From: Octopus bimaculoides
Lineage: Eukaryota
Reading direction: 5' to 3'
Length of the DNA: 64,000 bases
Assembly: GCF_001194135.2 (NCBI RefSeq)
Contig: NC_068984.1
Location: 30,600,828 to 30,664,827 of the forward strand
Shown piece after piece: positions 1 through 13,310 of the stretch (position 1 is the first letter of the stretch; each line of letters opens with the position of its first letter). A program made the translations under genes and the position numbers. The notes below the pieces were generated by a model. It was given only the letters and a program-made list of their open reading frames with translations, did not search any database and was not told the DNA's origin.

Positions 1-48
1 TTGTGCACACACATGGACACACACACAAATATGTATAGATATATATAA

Positions 49-96
<48 letters not shown>

Positions 97-210
97 ATGT
101 ATGTATATATATGTATATTTAGATATATATATGTATATATATATTATATAGATATATATGTATATGTACAAACACACACATGAACCTTTGTGTATGCATA
201 TTTATATATA

Positions 211-894
211 AGCATCAGTTGTGGCGTGCAAGAGAGACGATTGCGCTGGTATGGACATGTGGTGAGAATGGAGGAGGATAGCTGCGTGAAAAAGTGCCAC
301 ACCCTAACAGTTGAGGGAACCCGTGGAAGGGGTAGGCCCAGGAAGACCTGGGCTGAGGTGGTGAGGCAAGACCTTCGTACATTGGGCCTCACCGAGGCGA
401 TGACTACTGACCGAGACCTTTGGAAATGTGCTGTGCGTGAGAAGACCCGGCAAGCCAAGTAAGATCGTTGCCAGTGCCCCTGGACTGGCTTGTGNNNNNN
501 NNNNNNNNNNNNNNNNNNNNNNNNNNNNNNNNNNNNNNNNNNNNNNNNNNNNNNNNNNNNNNNNNNNNNNNNNNNNNNNNNNNNNNNNNNNNNNNNNNNN
601 NNNNNNNNNNNNNNNNNNNNNNNNNNNNNNNNNNNNNNNNNNNNNNNNNNNNNNNNNNNNNNNNNNNNNNNNNNNNNNNNNNNNNNNNNNNNNNNNNNNN
701 NNNNNNNGACACGTAAAAGCACCCACTACACTCTCCGAGTGGTTGGCGTTAGGAAGGGCATCCAGCTGTAGAAACTCTGCCAAATCAGACTGGAGCCTGG
801 TGTTGCCATCCGCTTTCACCAGTCCTCAGTCAAATCGTCCAACCCATGCTAGCATGGAAAGCGGACGTTAAACGATGATGATGATGATGATGAT
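211..894 (+). mobile_element. RTE/RTEX-clade LINE, 3' end (ORF2 C-terminus plus 3' UTR, gap inside)
   Basis: Reads ERRLRWYGHVVRMEEDSCVKKC...GTRGRGRPRKTW, an RTE-type post-RT motif, with the stop at 462. The 3' UTR ends in a CCATGCTAGCATGG palindrome and a (GAT)n tail. Confidence 0.9.
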
Positions 895-919
895 TTATAC
901 AAATATATATAAATATGTG

Positions 920-973
<54 letters not shown>

Positions 974-1380
974 CACACTTATCATTCAGCAAATGTGTCC
1001 CAGAAAGGTAATGTCATAGATGATTATGGATGAGATTAAGTGAAGAACAATGAAATGTCTTAAGAATGTGAAAAAGAAAAGCTATTAGATAAACGTGCAA
1101 TAAGTATTTAAATGAAGGTGAAAAGCAGTTATTCTAATGTATTACATTTGGAAACATTCCCAAGAGAAATTTAAGAAGAATACTTTTCTTACATGTTATT
1201 TGTTCTTTATTCAAGAATATGAACTACAAATAGTAATAGATACAAAAACAACATATTCAAAAACACTGTGTACAAACACACACACATGAACTTAAATGCA
1301 TGGCAACTGAGCACTTATGACATTGCTTATAAACAACATGTTCATGGACTAATATATATATATGTTTGTGTGTGTGTAAG

Positions 1381-1430
<50 letters not shown>

Positions 1431-2102
1431 CATTGACACACACACATACACATATACATATTAGATATACGATCTCTCTGTCTCTCTCTCTTGTTCTCTT
1501 TCTCTCTCTCTTGTTCTCTTTCTCTCTTTCTCCTTGTTTCTGTCATTTTTTTGTCATGTCCTCACCAGCTATTAAGCAGAAGTTTTATGTTAACCGTTCT
1601 TTCAATATCCATACATAACTTATTCAGCTTGTGGCAATATCAGATAATTTCAAAGATTATACATTTAGGATATTAATATGTATTATACACCTGTTGTTGG
1701 AGTCCACCAAGTAGCATTCAGAATGTCATAGATTTGTCATTTTTTCCCATGGTGGAAAATCATATACTGTAAGCAATAAACTAGTCTAAATAGCTATTTT
1801 AAAGATACATGTGTAAATGTGTGTATGTGTGTGTGTGTATATTCTCATTTTACATCTTTTTTTCCAATCCTTCCAAACCATCCTATTCAAGCCAGCATAA
1901 AAAAATGGACATAAAATGATGATATATACACTCACACACATGTACGTAGAAACACACACACATTTACATATATACAAATACACACAAAAACATACATACA
2001 CACACACACTCATATATATATTGTTAGAGGGAGAGATATCTTTTTTACATATATATATATATATGTGTGTGTGTGTGTATGTATATATATGTGTGTATAT
2101 AT

Positions 2103-2133
<31 letters not shown>

Positions 2134-2238
2134 CATATACATTCTTACATATGTAGCGATACATTACTACATATGTATAGATTAATACTTATTTCTGCTT
2201 CAGCAGTGTTTTGACCAACTTTCCCTGTTTAGTTAATG

Positions 2239-2294
<56 letters not shown>

Positions 2295-2296
2295 AG

Positions 2297-2350
<54 letters not shown>

Positions 2351-2740
2351 ACAAGATAGATGGTGAAACAGAGTGGAGAGAAAGAGATTCAACCCGAAAT
2401 AATGCACTCCAGATTCCCTAAAGAGTTTGGAGAATATCAAAAATAACAAGGTTTATGTAATGATGTATGAATAATGATCACTATCGCAAAATACAAAAAT
2501 ATCTCTCTGAAATTGGACAGAGGTTTTATTGTATATATTTTTTTCCTCTCAGACATGCTATCACATGTAAATATCAGTTTCAAAATTCACTTGCCAAAAT
2601 AAAATACGTATGCATACATGTGTGTGTGTGTGTATATGTGTGAATGTATCTGTGTATGTATGAGTATACGTGCGTGCATATACATATGTATATATGTATA
2701 TATGAATATATGTATATATATATATGAATATATGTATGTA

Positions 2741-2807
<67 letters not shown>

Positions 2808-3319
2808 GTACACACACATGCATACACACACCACATGTATGAGTGTACATATAAATATATTATAAAGAAGAGGTAAAAGTATCTACAAGTTTGTAAGTTA
2901 GCAAAAATATAGTGAGTATTTTAATCCCAGAAGTAAAAAAAAAAATCTCATTTATTTTCATCTAAACCTTATTGATATCATTTCAACAGTTCATATTTTT
3001 GTTACAAAATTTAAAAAAGTCCTATATGTGTATATATACATTCTAACATATATTCATACATATGTGTGTGTGCATGTGTTAGAGTTTTGTTATTTATCTG
3101 ATTTCTGTCATTGCGCTGTGGTTATGCTGGTGTACTGTCTTCAAATTTCTTAGTTGATCATATGCAACTGAGTACTGATTTCAGATTGGTACTGATTTTA
3201 TTGATTTGAATTTACAGACTCTATAAGTTGTGGGATATAGGGAAATGCAGACATAAAAGATAGCAAGATAATGGACTTATTGCTATCGATGCAGTTATTT
3301 ACTTACATATATATCATCA

Positions 3320-3470
3320 TCATAATTTTTATTAAAACAATCATGTTTCCATGCTAGCATGTATCAAATGAAGTTTATTGAAGTAAATTTTGTACAGCTG
3401 GAAGCTCTTCCTGTTGCCAACACATACTTGTTCCTGATCAATGTAATGTTTCTCTAGTTATTCAAACATG
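3320..3470 (-). mobile_element. Element sharing the RTE-type 3' tail (related copies near 36950-37090, 59900-60100, 60670-60850)
   Basis: Minus strand reads GTTGGCAACAGGAAGAGCTTCCAGCTGTACAAAA...CATGCTAGCATGGAAA...(GAT)n. The body differs from the RTE 3' UTR. Confidence 0.5.
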
Positions 3471-3489
3471 AGCAACACAATAGGCAGAT

Positions 3490-3808
3490 ATATTTTCTTT
3501 GTAAGCCTAGTACTTATTCTATCAGTCTCTTTTTCTGAATCGCTAAATTACGGAAATGCAAACACACTGGCATCAGTTGTCAAATAATGGTGGGGAGAGA
3601 CCAAACACAGACACTCATGCACTTAAATATACATGCTTATATATATGCGACTGGCTTCTTTCAGTTTCCCTCTAATAAATCCACTCACAAGGCTTTTGTC
3701 AGCTTGAAGCTATAGTAGAAGACACTTTCCCAAGGTACCATGCAGTAGGACTGAACCCAGAACCATGTGGTTGGGGAGCAAGCTACTTACCACACAGCTA
3801 CTCCTGTA
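3490..3808 (-). mobile_element. tRNA-derived SINE family A
   Basis: Head GGAGTAGCTGTGTGGTAAG...GGTTCAGTCC carries box A/B-like motifs. The body CCTTGGGAAAGTGTCTTCTACTATAGC...CCTTGTGAGTGGATTT is shared with the other family A copies. Confidence 0.8.
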
Positions 3809-4147
3809 TGTCTTTGGGGGTTGCAAAAAGTTGTACCAATATAATGTAGGATAAATGTAGTAATGATAACAATAATCCTTGGGATAAATATGGGCAAAAA
3901 GGATAAACACCCCTCTGCTAAATATCTATTAATATTATATCTCTGGAAGAAAAGAATCCATGAAGATGCTCAACCCGATGCCCATGGATGCTACAGAGTA
4001 CACTAATCATCCCAGGAATACAGACTGTGATTTAAGAGACATGTGATTTGTGGCAACGTAGGCATCAATGCATTAAATGTTTATAATTTCCATCCAAGGA
4101 TTATTGTTGTTATTACTACACACACACACATGTATGTATATGTGTGC

Positions 4148-4201
<54 letters not shown>

Positions 4202-5124
4202 GGGTATATCTATATCTATCTATCTATCTATCTATCTCTCTATATATATATATTACACACATATATATATACATATACANNNNNNNNNNNNNNNNNNNNN
4301 NNNNNNNNNNNNNATATATATGAATGTATGTATATATGTATAAACGTATGTATATAAAGCACAATATATATTGTTTAAAAGTGTGTAGTATGTTACATGT
4401 TAGAATGATAAGAACTATAACTTTTCACTGAAGCTCTTCTATTGAGTGCATCTTATATCATATACATATTTGGGGTCATGCCAGAGTTGTTAGAGTTTGA
4501 AACACTTTATGACATTTATTATCACATCAAATCCCACAGAGGTTAACTTTACATCTCATTTTTGAGGAGGTGATAAAATAACGTACCCGACTAAGGCAAA
4601 AAAACTGGAAGAATCAGTAAAGTATCACAAAGGATGCCTTATTGTATTAGATTCAGTTCTTTTATTTCTGTGTTCAAGTCTTGTCATGTCCTACTAGAAT
4701 AGAAGATATACTCTGTTGTTCAATCTAACACCCACCACCTGTACTTTCTGGTGTCTTTAGTGGAGAAGTGTGCGTATGAATGCATAGTTGTGAAAATGTT
4801 CATGAAATAAAATGATGCTAAGTTATGCGTGTAGACAATGATATCATCTTTTGTGGTTGTACTATACTGGTGCAGTTTGCTGACATTTCTACTGCAAGCA
4901 TTCTGACCCTTTTTGTAATTTTAGTATATCTCCCACCCTCTACCTAGTCTCAGAGTCTCTGAACAGGGTCATGGGCACTGCACTTTCTCCTCACTAAAGG
5001 ACAAAAACAAACATAGGTCTACTTAGATGAGATGAGGCATTTCACTATATAATTGAGTGAGAACAGCAACCCTCAGTAACTGAGATTATAAAGCCAGACA
5101 ATTGATAATTGCTTTAAATATTAA

Positions 5125-5342
5125 GATGGTGAGCTGGCAGAAACGTTAGTATGTCAGGCAAAATGCTTGGCAGTATTTCGTCTGTCTTTACATTCTGAGT
5201 TCAAATTCCACTGAGGTCGACTTTGTCTTTCACCTTTTCGGAATCACTAAATTAAGTACCAGTTACGTACTGGGGGCTGATCTAACTGACTGTCCCCTCT
5301 CCCCGCCCAAAAAAATTTTGGGCCTTGTGCCTAGAGTAGAAA
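5125..5342 (+). mobile_element. tRNA-derived SINE family B (Meta-domain-like core)
   Basis: Head GGTGAGCTGGCAGAAACGTTAG and box B-like GAGTTCAAATTCC. The core GAGGTCGACTTTG...TAAATTAAGTACCAG resembles the MetaSINE central domain (assigned from memory). Confidence 0.75.
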
Positions 5343-5357
5343 AAAATTGTTTTAAAT

Positions 5358-5594
5358 GTTATTTATTTCATTATTGCCCACAGGGGGCTAAACATAATAG
5401 GGACAAGCAAAAACAAACAAAGGGATTAAGTCAATTACATCGACCCCAGTGCATAACTGGTACTTATTTAATTGACCCTGAAAGGCTGAAAAGCAAAGTT
5501 GACCTTAGCGGAATTTGAACTCAGAACATAACGGTAGACGAAATACCGCTAAGCATTTCACCCGGCATCCAAACGATTCTGCCAGCTCACCGCC
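5358..5594 (-). mobile_element. tRNA-derived SINE family B, full length
   Basis: The reverse complement matches the 5125 copy from the head through the core and ends in an A-rich tail. Confidence 0.8.
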
Positions 5595-6269
5595 CTGTTT
5601 TAAATGTTATTACAATAGCGTTTATGCTGTGAGTGGGCACAGATTACATAGCTCTCTTACCTCAGTTTATTTGGCAGACAAACAAGTGCCATTATTACTC
5701 ATTCAATTTTTAAAATACATTAATGATCAAATTTTAAAAAGAGAAAGAAATTCCACTCATAATAGTGTGGAAGATTAGATAAAACAGAGAAAAAGATAAA
5801 AATGGGGATTGAAATTGTTATAAATAAAACATTCTGAAATTAGTATGCCCTAGTGCACTGGAATTCAATTTTGCAAATTAAATCCATTCATGCAAGCTGA
5901 AAAGCAGATTTAAACTAGTAAATAGTATGTCTCTTTTTGCCTTTTGTTTTTGTTCTTCTAAATTTTCACTATTGTTGTAACCAGAAATAACCATTTTACA
6001 ATTTTTCCAATTAAGATTATAATTGTCATAAAAATTTTAGTACAAAAATACAATATTTGATAATCCATAATAGAGTGTTTACAAAAAGACTTGTGTTTGT
6101 AAGACAACATATATTTGTAATCAAAAGATACAACATTACAATTACAGGAGTCTATAGTGGAACCTCTAGAAATAGCAACTATATGTCCCTTAAATCACAT
6201 CTGACTTTCTCATGTCCAGAAGAATACATTCCACATTGTAGTCACTGATATGCAAAAGATGGGGTGGTC

Positions 6270-6690
6270 AAGGTTGTGTAGCTAAGAAGCTTGCTTCACA
6301 ACCACGTGGTTTTGGGTTCAGTCCCACTCTGCAGCACCCCAGGCAAATAATTTCCACAATAGCATTCAGTCCAACCAATGCCTTGTGAATGGATTTGGTA
6401 AAGAGAAACTGTGTGAAAGTCCATTGTATATATGTTTAGATATGTATATGTATATATATGTGTGTGTACCTTTGTATTTGTGTTTTGTCCCTCCTATCAT
6501 CTGACAACTGGTGTTGGTTTGTTTATGCCCCTGTAACTTTGCAGAACAGCAAAGGAGTCCAACCAGACTTTAAAAAATAAGTACTGATGTTGATTTGTTC
6601 AGGAAAATCTTTCAAGGCCATATCCCATCATGGACTTAGCTGCAGAACTGAAAAAAAGATAAAAGATAAGAGATAAAAGATAAAAGAAAT
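6270..6690 (+). mobile_element. tRNA-derived SINE family A, near full length
   Basis: Same head and body as the 3490-3808 copy, with an internal TA/TG microsatellite and an (AAAGAT)n-like tail. Confidence 0.75.
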
Positions 6691-8462
6691 ATCTGGTTTA
6701 TATCATCATGAAAGAGGTGCAATATTTCATTATAGAGATACCACAAGTAAACTAGTTTATTTTAAAGTATTTCTGCAGGAGGTCACATTTACCTTCAATT
6801 AACCTTTATAAATTTAGACTGTCTCCAACCTTAGAAGCAAAATAAATAGAATCACTTTTCAAATTATTATTATCATTACAGACTGTCTAAATTACAGTTC
6901 ATATATCAAAGATTATTTTCAAATTAAAAAGAAATACCTGCAAGCGCTAAAACCTAAGATACTATCTTTCAGGATACTGAAAGTACACACGTTATTCAAT
7001 TTTGAACTCAGCATGACTTATTCAAGTTAAATATGGCCAATTAAAATTTCTTTATATTTAATCATAATGGTTTCTGTAGGCTTTGTTAAAGTGAATTGTT
7101 AATAAATAAATCTTTAAAAATAATCTTGCTTCCTAAATTCAATCTTAAAATTAATTACTTATTTTATATACATAATAAAGAAAATATCCTGAAACTAAAA
7201 GACTAATTTGCTCTTAATAATTGTCTGTGTGTTTATGATTATTTGAAAGATTTTCTATGTGATTCCTGAATTATTTTCAAAACTTTTGTAATATTTCTAT
7301 TGTTTTAAGTAAAATTTCCTTAAATAAATGCTTGTTTATCACTAGAGTAAACTCAACATGATATGGTATTAAATCCATATCTCTATGCTTCATTAAACCT
7401 TATAATTCTATTATTAGATAGCTCCATAATAAAACGTTTATTCAATTTATCCAAGAACTCACTTAAAACATTAATTATGAATCCATTACTCTTAAATACT
7501 TGTATTAAAGCAATTCAACCAAGACAAATTATCATGGAAAACTTGATAATTATAAATACATTTGTCTTTTTTTTCTTTCTTTTCCTTTCAAATATCACTT
7601 ATATGTAGTTTAAGAGTGTGCATGCGTTTGCATTTGTACATGTATCTGTGTTTATGTGAGTATGTATCTGTGTGTTTTTTGAAGTAAAAATATATGCTTC
7701 TCATATTCATGATGGCCAGCAAAACAAAAAAGCAAAGCAGTAAAAAATAATTCCGTTGAGAGATAATCACCACGTGTGGTTTCTTCTCTTCGGTTAGACA
7801 TCTATGCTATAGTTCAGCATTATTTTAGTGGTATTTGCAAATCTTCCCCTGAGTCCATTTGTTGGCAATTATATTGATATTCAGGAAGTCTGCATTGTCA
7901 AATACTATTTGTAATGCTAATTCCAAATATTCTCTTATGATTGTCTTTATTGTTGTGACCACTGATGAAAAGGGTGTCACCTATATCTATGGTCATAGGA
8001 TTGATTTTGTAATGTAACTTCCTAGAGGTACATGTCTCACATGACAACTTATTAAGCTATTTATCTTTTCCCTCTGAAGCTTTTGTTTTGTTTATGTTTT
8101 TTCTAGGAAAGGTTTACTTACTCTCTAATGTTTCCTCATTTCAGAAAACACTAATTTCTGTTTAATACAATGTGTTTCTGGGGAATAGATATTGACCGAC
8201 CTTTCAGTATAACATCAAGAATACATGAAGCAATAGATGGAAAGAGTAAAAAATAAATAAATAAAAAAATGAATAGATTAAAAAGATTAAAATTAATGTA
8301 ACAGTTAACTATTTAGCAAGTTCAGCAGAGCAGAGACAGTCTTAGAAATAGAAAAATAAGCAGAAAGGAACATATTTAATGGTGGTCAAATGGTGGAATT
8401 TTCATGACTAAAGTTTCATGAATCGGTTTGATAGATTGTTACAAAAATATTGTTGAGGATAT

Positions 8463-8625
8463 TCATCATCATCATCATCATCGTTTAACGTCCGCTTTCC
8501 ATGCTAGCATGGGTTGACTGAGGACTGGTGGACCAGATGGCTACACCAGGCTCCAATCTGATTTGGCAGAGTTTCTACAGCTGGATGCCCTTCCTAACAC
8601 CAACCACTCTGAAAGTGTAGTGGGT
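8463..8625 (-). mobile_element. RTE LINE 3' tail
   Basis: Begins (CAT)n CGTTTAACGTCCGCTTTCCATGCTAGCATGGG, the reverse complement of 720-894. Confidence 0.9.
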
Positions 8626-8825
8626 TCTGCATCAGCTCAGCTGCATGAAGAGTATGCTTTTTTAGCTTTTAGCTTCAAGTATATTCGTAGTTAGCCTAGT
8701 ATCAATAGCTACTCAGAGTGAAGATATTTTCTCAATACTAGCTAGAAGCTCAGTCACTGAGACACAACACAATTGTAGCTATGTGAAATATGTGTATAGT
8801 TGCTGTTGTTTTTGCTGATGGTAGA

Positions 8826-9030
8826 GATAGTGATGGCTGTTGTTATTTAGCACTAAGTTGGCTCCTGACCAAGCAAAGCTATGACTTAGTGGATTCCACC
8901 AATAACCACTCATGTCCTTCAATCAGGTGCATTTCTAGGACAACATTATCCAAGGTGCTCCTCTTCTTTAAAGAAGATAAGATGTAATTTAAGAGAAATT
9001 TGATTGCTATTTCTACCATGTAGAGATAGT
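8826..9030 (-). repeat. Dispersed repeat family F (other copies about 10120-10215, 12310-12540, 30735-30830, 41470-41670, 46690-46760)
   Basis: Recurrent AGAAATAGCAGCCAAAT.TC.CTCAAA..AC.CC.TAC..TCTTA...GGATAAT motif with a CAA/CAC-type tail. Class not assigned. Confidence 0.55.
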
Positions 9031-9854
9031 TTCGTTGTTTTGTGACATATGTATAGTTACCATAAGAGATTGCAAAATTAAAATTTTATTCAGGCTATGA
9101 TTGGATTCACAATGTATAATTCGTGAGAGTTGTAAAAATTGCATTATGGTATTTTCCCCTGTCTTGTGCAATGTTGTGGCATTGCATCATTGAGATGTTT
9201 GTTTTGGAGCTGTTGAAAGGAAATATGCTGTTCAGAATCTAATGAAGAAGGTTTTAAATTATATGTATAAAAAGTCATTACAGAACAATTTCCTCTTATT
9301 TTTCCGACAGGAGCAATGAAGATGCCTTTCCAGTCTACTTAATTTGCTAGAAATACAACCAGGCTATCTTACAAAAAAAAAAAAAAAAAANNNNNNNNNN
9401 NNNNNNNNNNNNNNNNNNNNNNNNNNNNNNNNNNNNNNNNNNNNNNNNNNNNNNNNNNNNNNNNNNNNNNNNNNNNNNNNNNNNNNNNNNNNNNNNNNNN
9501 NNNNNNNNNNNNNNNNNNNNNNNNNNNNNNNNNNNNNNNNNNNNNNNNNNNNNNNNNNNNNNNNNNNNNNNNNNNNNNNNNNNNNAGAGGGAGAGAGGGG
9601 AGAGAGAGAGAGAGAGAAGAAGAAGAAGAAGAAGAAGAAGAAGAAGAAGAAGAAAAATATAGATATCAGTATTGATAGTTTATTTACTGACACTGAAAAG
9701 AAAATCTCAGCAGGATTTGAATCAAATGTGCAGAGATCTAGAATGAATGCAGCAAACCATTCTATTCGATGCTTTAGTGACTAGAAATTAAGATGAGAAG
9801 GTCATAGGTGGTATGCTTTTAAACACAAGTCTGCTGAAGCAGGATTGATCTGGT

Positions 9855-10110
9855 TTACTCTTTTAGCATTTAAACCGGTCATATCCTGCAAACATATTCT
9901 TCCTGTTTTATCTTCTTTCTAACCAGATCTGGTCTCTCACACTTACCCTATAATGTTATGCTAAACACGGTGGTGCATCAGCATGGCCGCAGCTCTGAGC
10001 TGAAACTTTGAAATGAAATGAAATGAAATCATGTCCCTGGAATTTCAAAGCACTTATTCCATGTGAATAAATAAGCATTACATTTGACAGAGATATCTGA
10101 ATGCTAAACA
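9855..10110. mobile_element. Decayed piggyBac-like MITE with an inserted SINE tail (about 9968-10040)
   Basis: Inverted TTTAGCATT (9862-9870) and AATGCTAAA (10100-10108). The TTAACCCT-type ends are degenerate, so the class rests on recollection. Confidence 0.4.
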
Positions 10111-10234
10111 ACAACCACACTCTTTCCCAGCTAAGAAACCTCATTCTAGAAATAGCAGCCAAATATCCCTCAAACAGTACTCTTAAGTAAGAAAGAATAT
10201 ATTGGATAATCTGAAGATAAACAAAGGTAATGTT

Positions 10235-10477
10235 ATTTTCTTGAGTCCTACTGACTCATTAAGGCCAGTTTCTTAGTTTCATGACATACATATTCCCCAC
10301 TTGCATGGGATGTTCTGGTCCATCACAGAATTATTCATTTTTGCCAGCTGAGTGGACTGGAGCAAAGTGAAATGAAGTAGTTTGCTCAAGAGCACGACAC
10401 ATCATCTGATCCAGGAATCAAAACCAAAATCTTATGATCATGATGCTGACACCCTAACCACTAAGCCATGTGCCTCC
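10235..10477 (-). mobile_element. tRNA-derived SINE family E (V/CORE-like central part)
   Basis: Head GGAGGCACATGGCTTAGTGGTTAGGG...TTTGATTCC, followed by GCTCTTGAGCAAACTACTTCATTTCACTTTGCTCCAGTCCACTCAGCTG. Confidence 0.7.
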
Positions 10478-10555
10478 ACAATCGGATAATATCAAGTCCT
10501 AGATATTTCTAAAATAATAGGATGGTCAAGGCTGGAATATATTTGATTCCTCCTC

Positions 10556-11083
10556 CTCATTATCATCATCATTTAACGTCTGGCATGGGTTGGACAGTTT
10601 AACTGAGCTGGCACACTGAAAGGCTGCACTAGACTCCAGTTTGATTTGGCATGGTTTTCTATAGCTAGATGCCCTTCCTAACGCCAACCACTCTCAGACT
10701 GTAATGGGTGCTTTTACGTGCCACCAGCACGGGTGCCATATGTGTGCCACCAACATCTGTCATGACTGCAAATTTGCTCGGCTTGATGAGTCTTCTTCTC
10801 AAGAATGACATAATGCTAAAAGTCTCGGTCATTGCCTCCATGAAGCCCAACACTTGAAAGAAACTCAACCACTTTGCCTCCATGATGCCCAATGCTCAAA
10901 AGCTATTCTTTATGTGCCACCAGCAAGAGTGCCAGTTTCCACAACTATGATTTCACTTGGCTTGACAGGTGCTCTCAAGCACAGCGTATTGCCAACGGTC
11001 TTGGTCACTAGTCATTGCCTCTGTGAGGCTCAAAGTCCAAAGCTCATGCTTCACCACCTCATCCTATGTCTTCCTGGGTCTAC
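10556..11083 (-). mobile_element. RTE LINE 3' end with ORF2 C-terminal remnant
   Basis: Minus strand 11083-10950 reads RPRKT*DEVVKHELWTLSLTEAMTSDQDRWQYAVLESTCQAK*, homologous to 190-462, followed by the 3' UTR and (GAT)n. Confidence 0.85.
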
Positions 11084-11315
11084 TTCTTATTTCTATACTG
11101 TCCACAAGGGGCTACGCACAGAGGGGACAAACAAGGACAGAAAAATGGATTAAGTCGATTATATCGACTCCAGTGTGTAACTGGTACTTATTTAATTGAC
11201 CCCAAACGGATGAAAGGCAAAGTCGACCTCGACGGAATTTGAACTCAGGATGTAACGGCAGATGAAATACCGCTAAGCATTTCGTACGGAGTGCTAATGT
11301 TTCTGCCAGCTTGCC
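11084..11315 (-). mobile_element. tRNA-derived SINE family B
   Basis: Close match to 5358-5594. Confidence 0.8.
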
Positions 11316-11984
11316 TGTCTACTTCTACCACAAGTTCCCTCCACAGTTAGAGTTCGGCACTTCTTTACACAGCTGTCCTCATCCCATATGCATCACCTGA
11401 CCATATCATTTATGTATATATTATATGTTGAGCTGGAACAGAGTGACCCAGGATTAAATTGACATTTTTATTTAATTTTAGATGATTAATCTATAGGAAT
11501 GCAAGATTAGAATTTTTTGATGGCAGTCACAAATTATAACGTCAACAAAAATACCCAAGTGAATCAGCTTCTTTTTTTAATTCACTTAACGAGATTAATG
11601 TTTCTTTAGCCAGGATTTAAAACATACTTAAAAGATATCAGTGAGATACAAGAAAAACAAATTAGACATCCTAAAACTGATGTTCTTTATTTTATTGTTT
11701 AAGAACAATTTTCTTTGAGAGTTTTTTTTTTTGTTTTTCTAGTGATTCTCATTGACTGAGAAGAATATATCCAGTCATAAAACTTTTAAATTATAAATGT
11801 TTATGCCAATGTGTAGAATGTTCTTCACACCTTGTTGGGGGTCCTTAAAACTATTTTGAGCAATGCCTTAGGAAGTGATAAGTTCTATATTCCCTTTACA
11901 CAAAACTAATAGTATCTGCAGTTGCTATTTATAATAGTCATTGACAACATTCAGTACTTGAGGAGACACTTCAAGCTAAATAAA

Positions 11985-12205
11985 ATCTTTGTCATCCATA
12001 CATACTTTACAGGTGTCGCATAAAATGCACTCAAGCTGGTGCTGTGTAAATGCACCTGTGCCAGAGGTATGTAAAATGCACCCAGCACACTCTGTAAAGT
12101 GGTTGGCATTAGGAAGGGCATTCAGTTGCAGAAACCCTGCCACAACAGATAATTGGAGGTGATGATGAGTCCATGTTGGCATGGGTTGGACAGCTTGACA
12201 GATTG
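11985..12205 (+). mobile_element. RTE LINE 3' tail, diverged
   Basis: GTGGTTGGCATTAGGAAGGGCATTCAGTTGCAGAAACC motif. Confidence 0.7.
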
Positions 12206-12532
12206 TGATTGGTACATCTTGCCACCCTTAGTCTTTCATCACCAGCATTAGTAACTGTGTCACTAACACTGCTTCACCACTATTGCCTGAATTCCACAAC
12301 CATCACTACAAAGTTCCACAAACAGCCTCATAAGCCAACAAGAGACTCTCTATGTGTTTGGCCAACTGGCAAGAAGTAGAGCATAAGTCTCTTTCATAGA
12401 ACACCTTACCATCTTAGAAAGAAGATGGCATTGAATAATGTGTTTCTAGATGCACTGGTTTTGGAAGAATAAATGTTGTTCATGTCTGGTACACCATCCA
12501 TTCCTAGGTCTGCTTGATCAGAGTTGACTTGA

Positions 12533-12681
12533 GACTAACCACCATCACCGCCACCAGAACCACCACTACCACCACCACTGCCACAACTGCCATGACCGCC
12601 ACAACCGCCACCACCGCCACCACCATCACTACCACCACGAACAACAACATCAGCAGCAGCAGCAGCGGCAGCAGCAGCAGC
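12533..12681. repeat. Compound (ACC)n/(AGC)n trinucleotide tract
   Basis: Seen directly; it extends the tail of a family F copy. Confidence 0.9.
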
Positions 12682-13310
12682 ACAAATTTCATTTATGTAA
12701 CATATTTTCTAAGAAATCAGTAGACTACAAAGGCAAAATTGAAAAAATTATCTGTAAATTATTCTTAATTCTATGATACTGTAATGTTGGCTTCTTTTTG
12801 TTCAGAAATAAAGATTAGAGCAGTGTGTCAACAACATTTATGCTTATTTCTATGTCAATACTGTTCACATGAGGTTGAAGTGTCAAACAGAAATTCTTAA
12901 TTAATTGCTGAATCATAATTTTGAGAATAATAAAATAAAATAAAATATCTTAATGAATTTTTTTTCTTTATCATCTTTCTTGTCCAGTATTCTTACTTTC
13001 CTGTTTTCATGTTTGAAGTGTTATTTTTTTGTAGATATTACCATGTTTTTTTGTTTTTTTTTCCTGGGTTTCGAAACAGAATTTATCAACATTTTCTTTC
13101 CTTTGGAGCTTGTTTTGTTAAGGTGATAGTTATTCATATTGTTTACAAAACTATTGATTTTTCCAAATAGTTCTCTACTATGAACAAGATTTGTTGATTA
13201 TTCCATCCGTGGGGTGATAGCATGGAGACTGAGGCCTAGTTTTATTGTTCAGTTTCAAACTGGTTCTTTTCTGTTAGCAAATGACATTTGAACGATGCAT
13301 GAATATTACA

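Noticed and set aside
1257-2850. Many ORFs rich in HT, CV, YI and ER (also at 27.1, 37.9, 41.7 and 53.6 kb)
   Set aside because: These are translations of (CA)n, (TA)n and (GA)n microsatellites.
12504-12723. Signal-peptide-like poly-L/V ORF and poly-T/S ORF
   Set aside because: Produced by the trinucleotide tail of a repeat; no other coding evidence.
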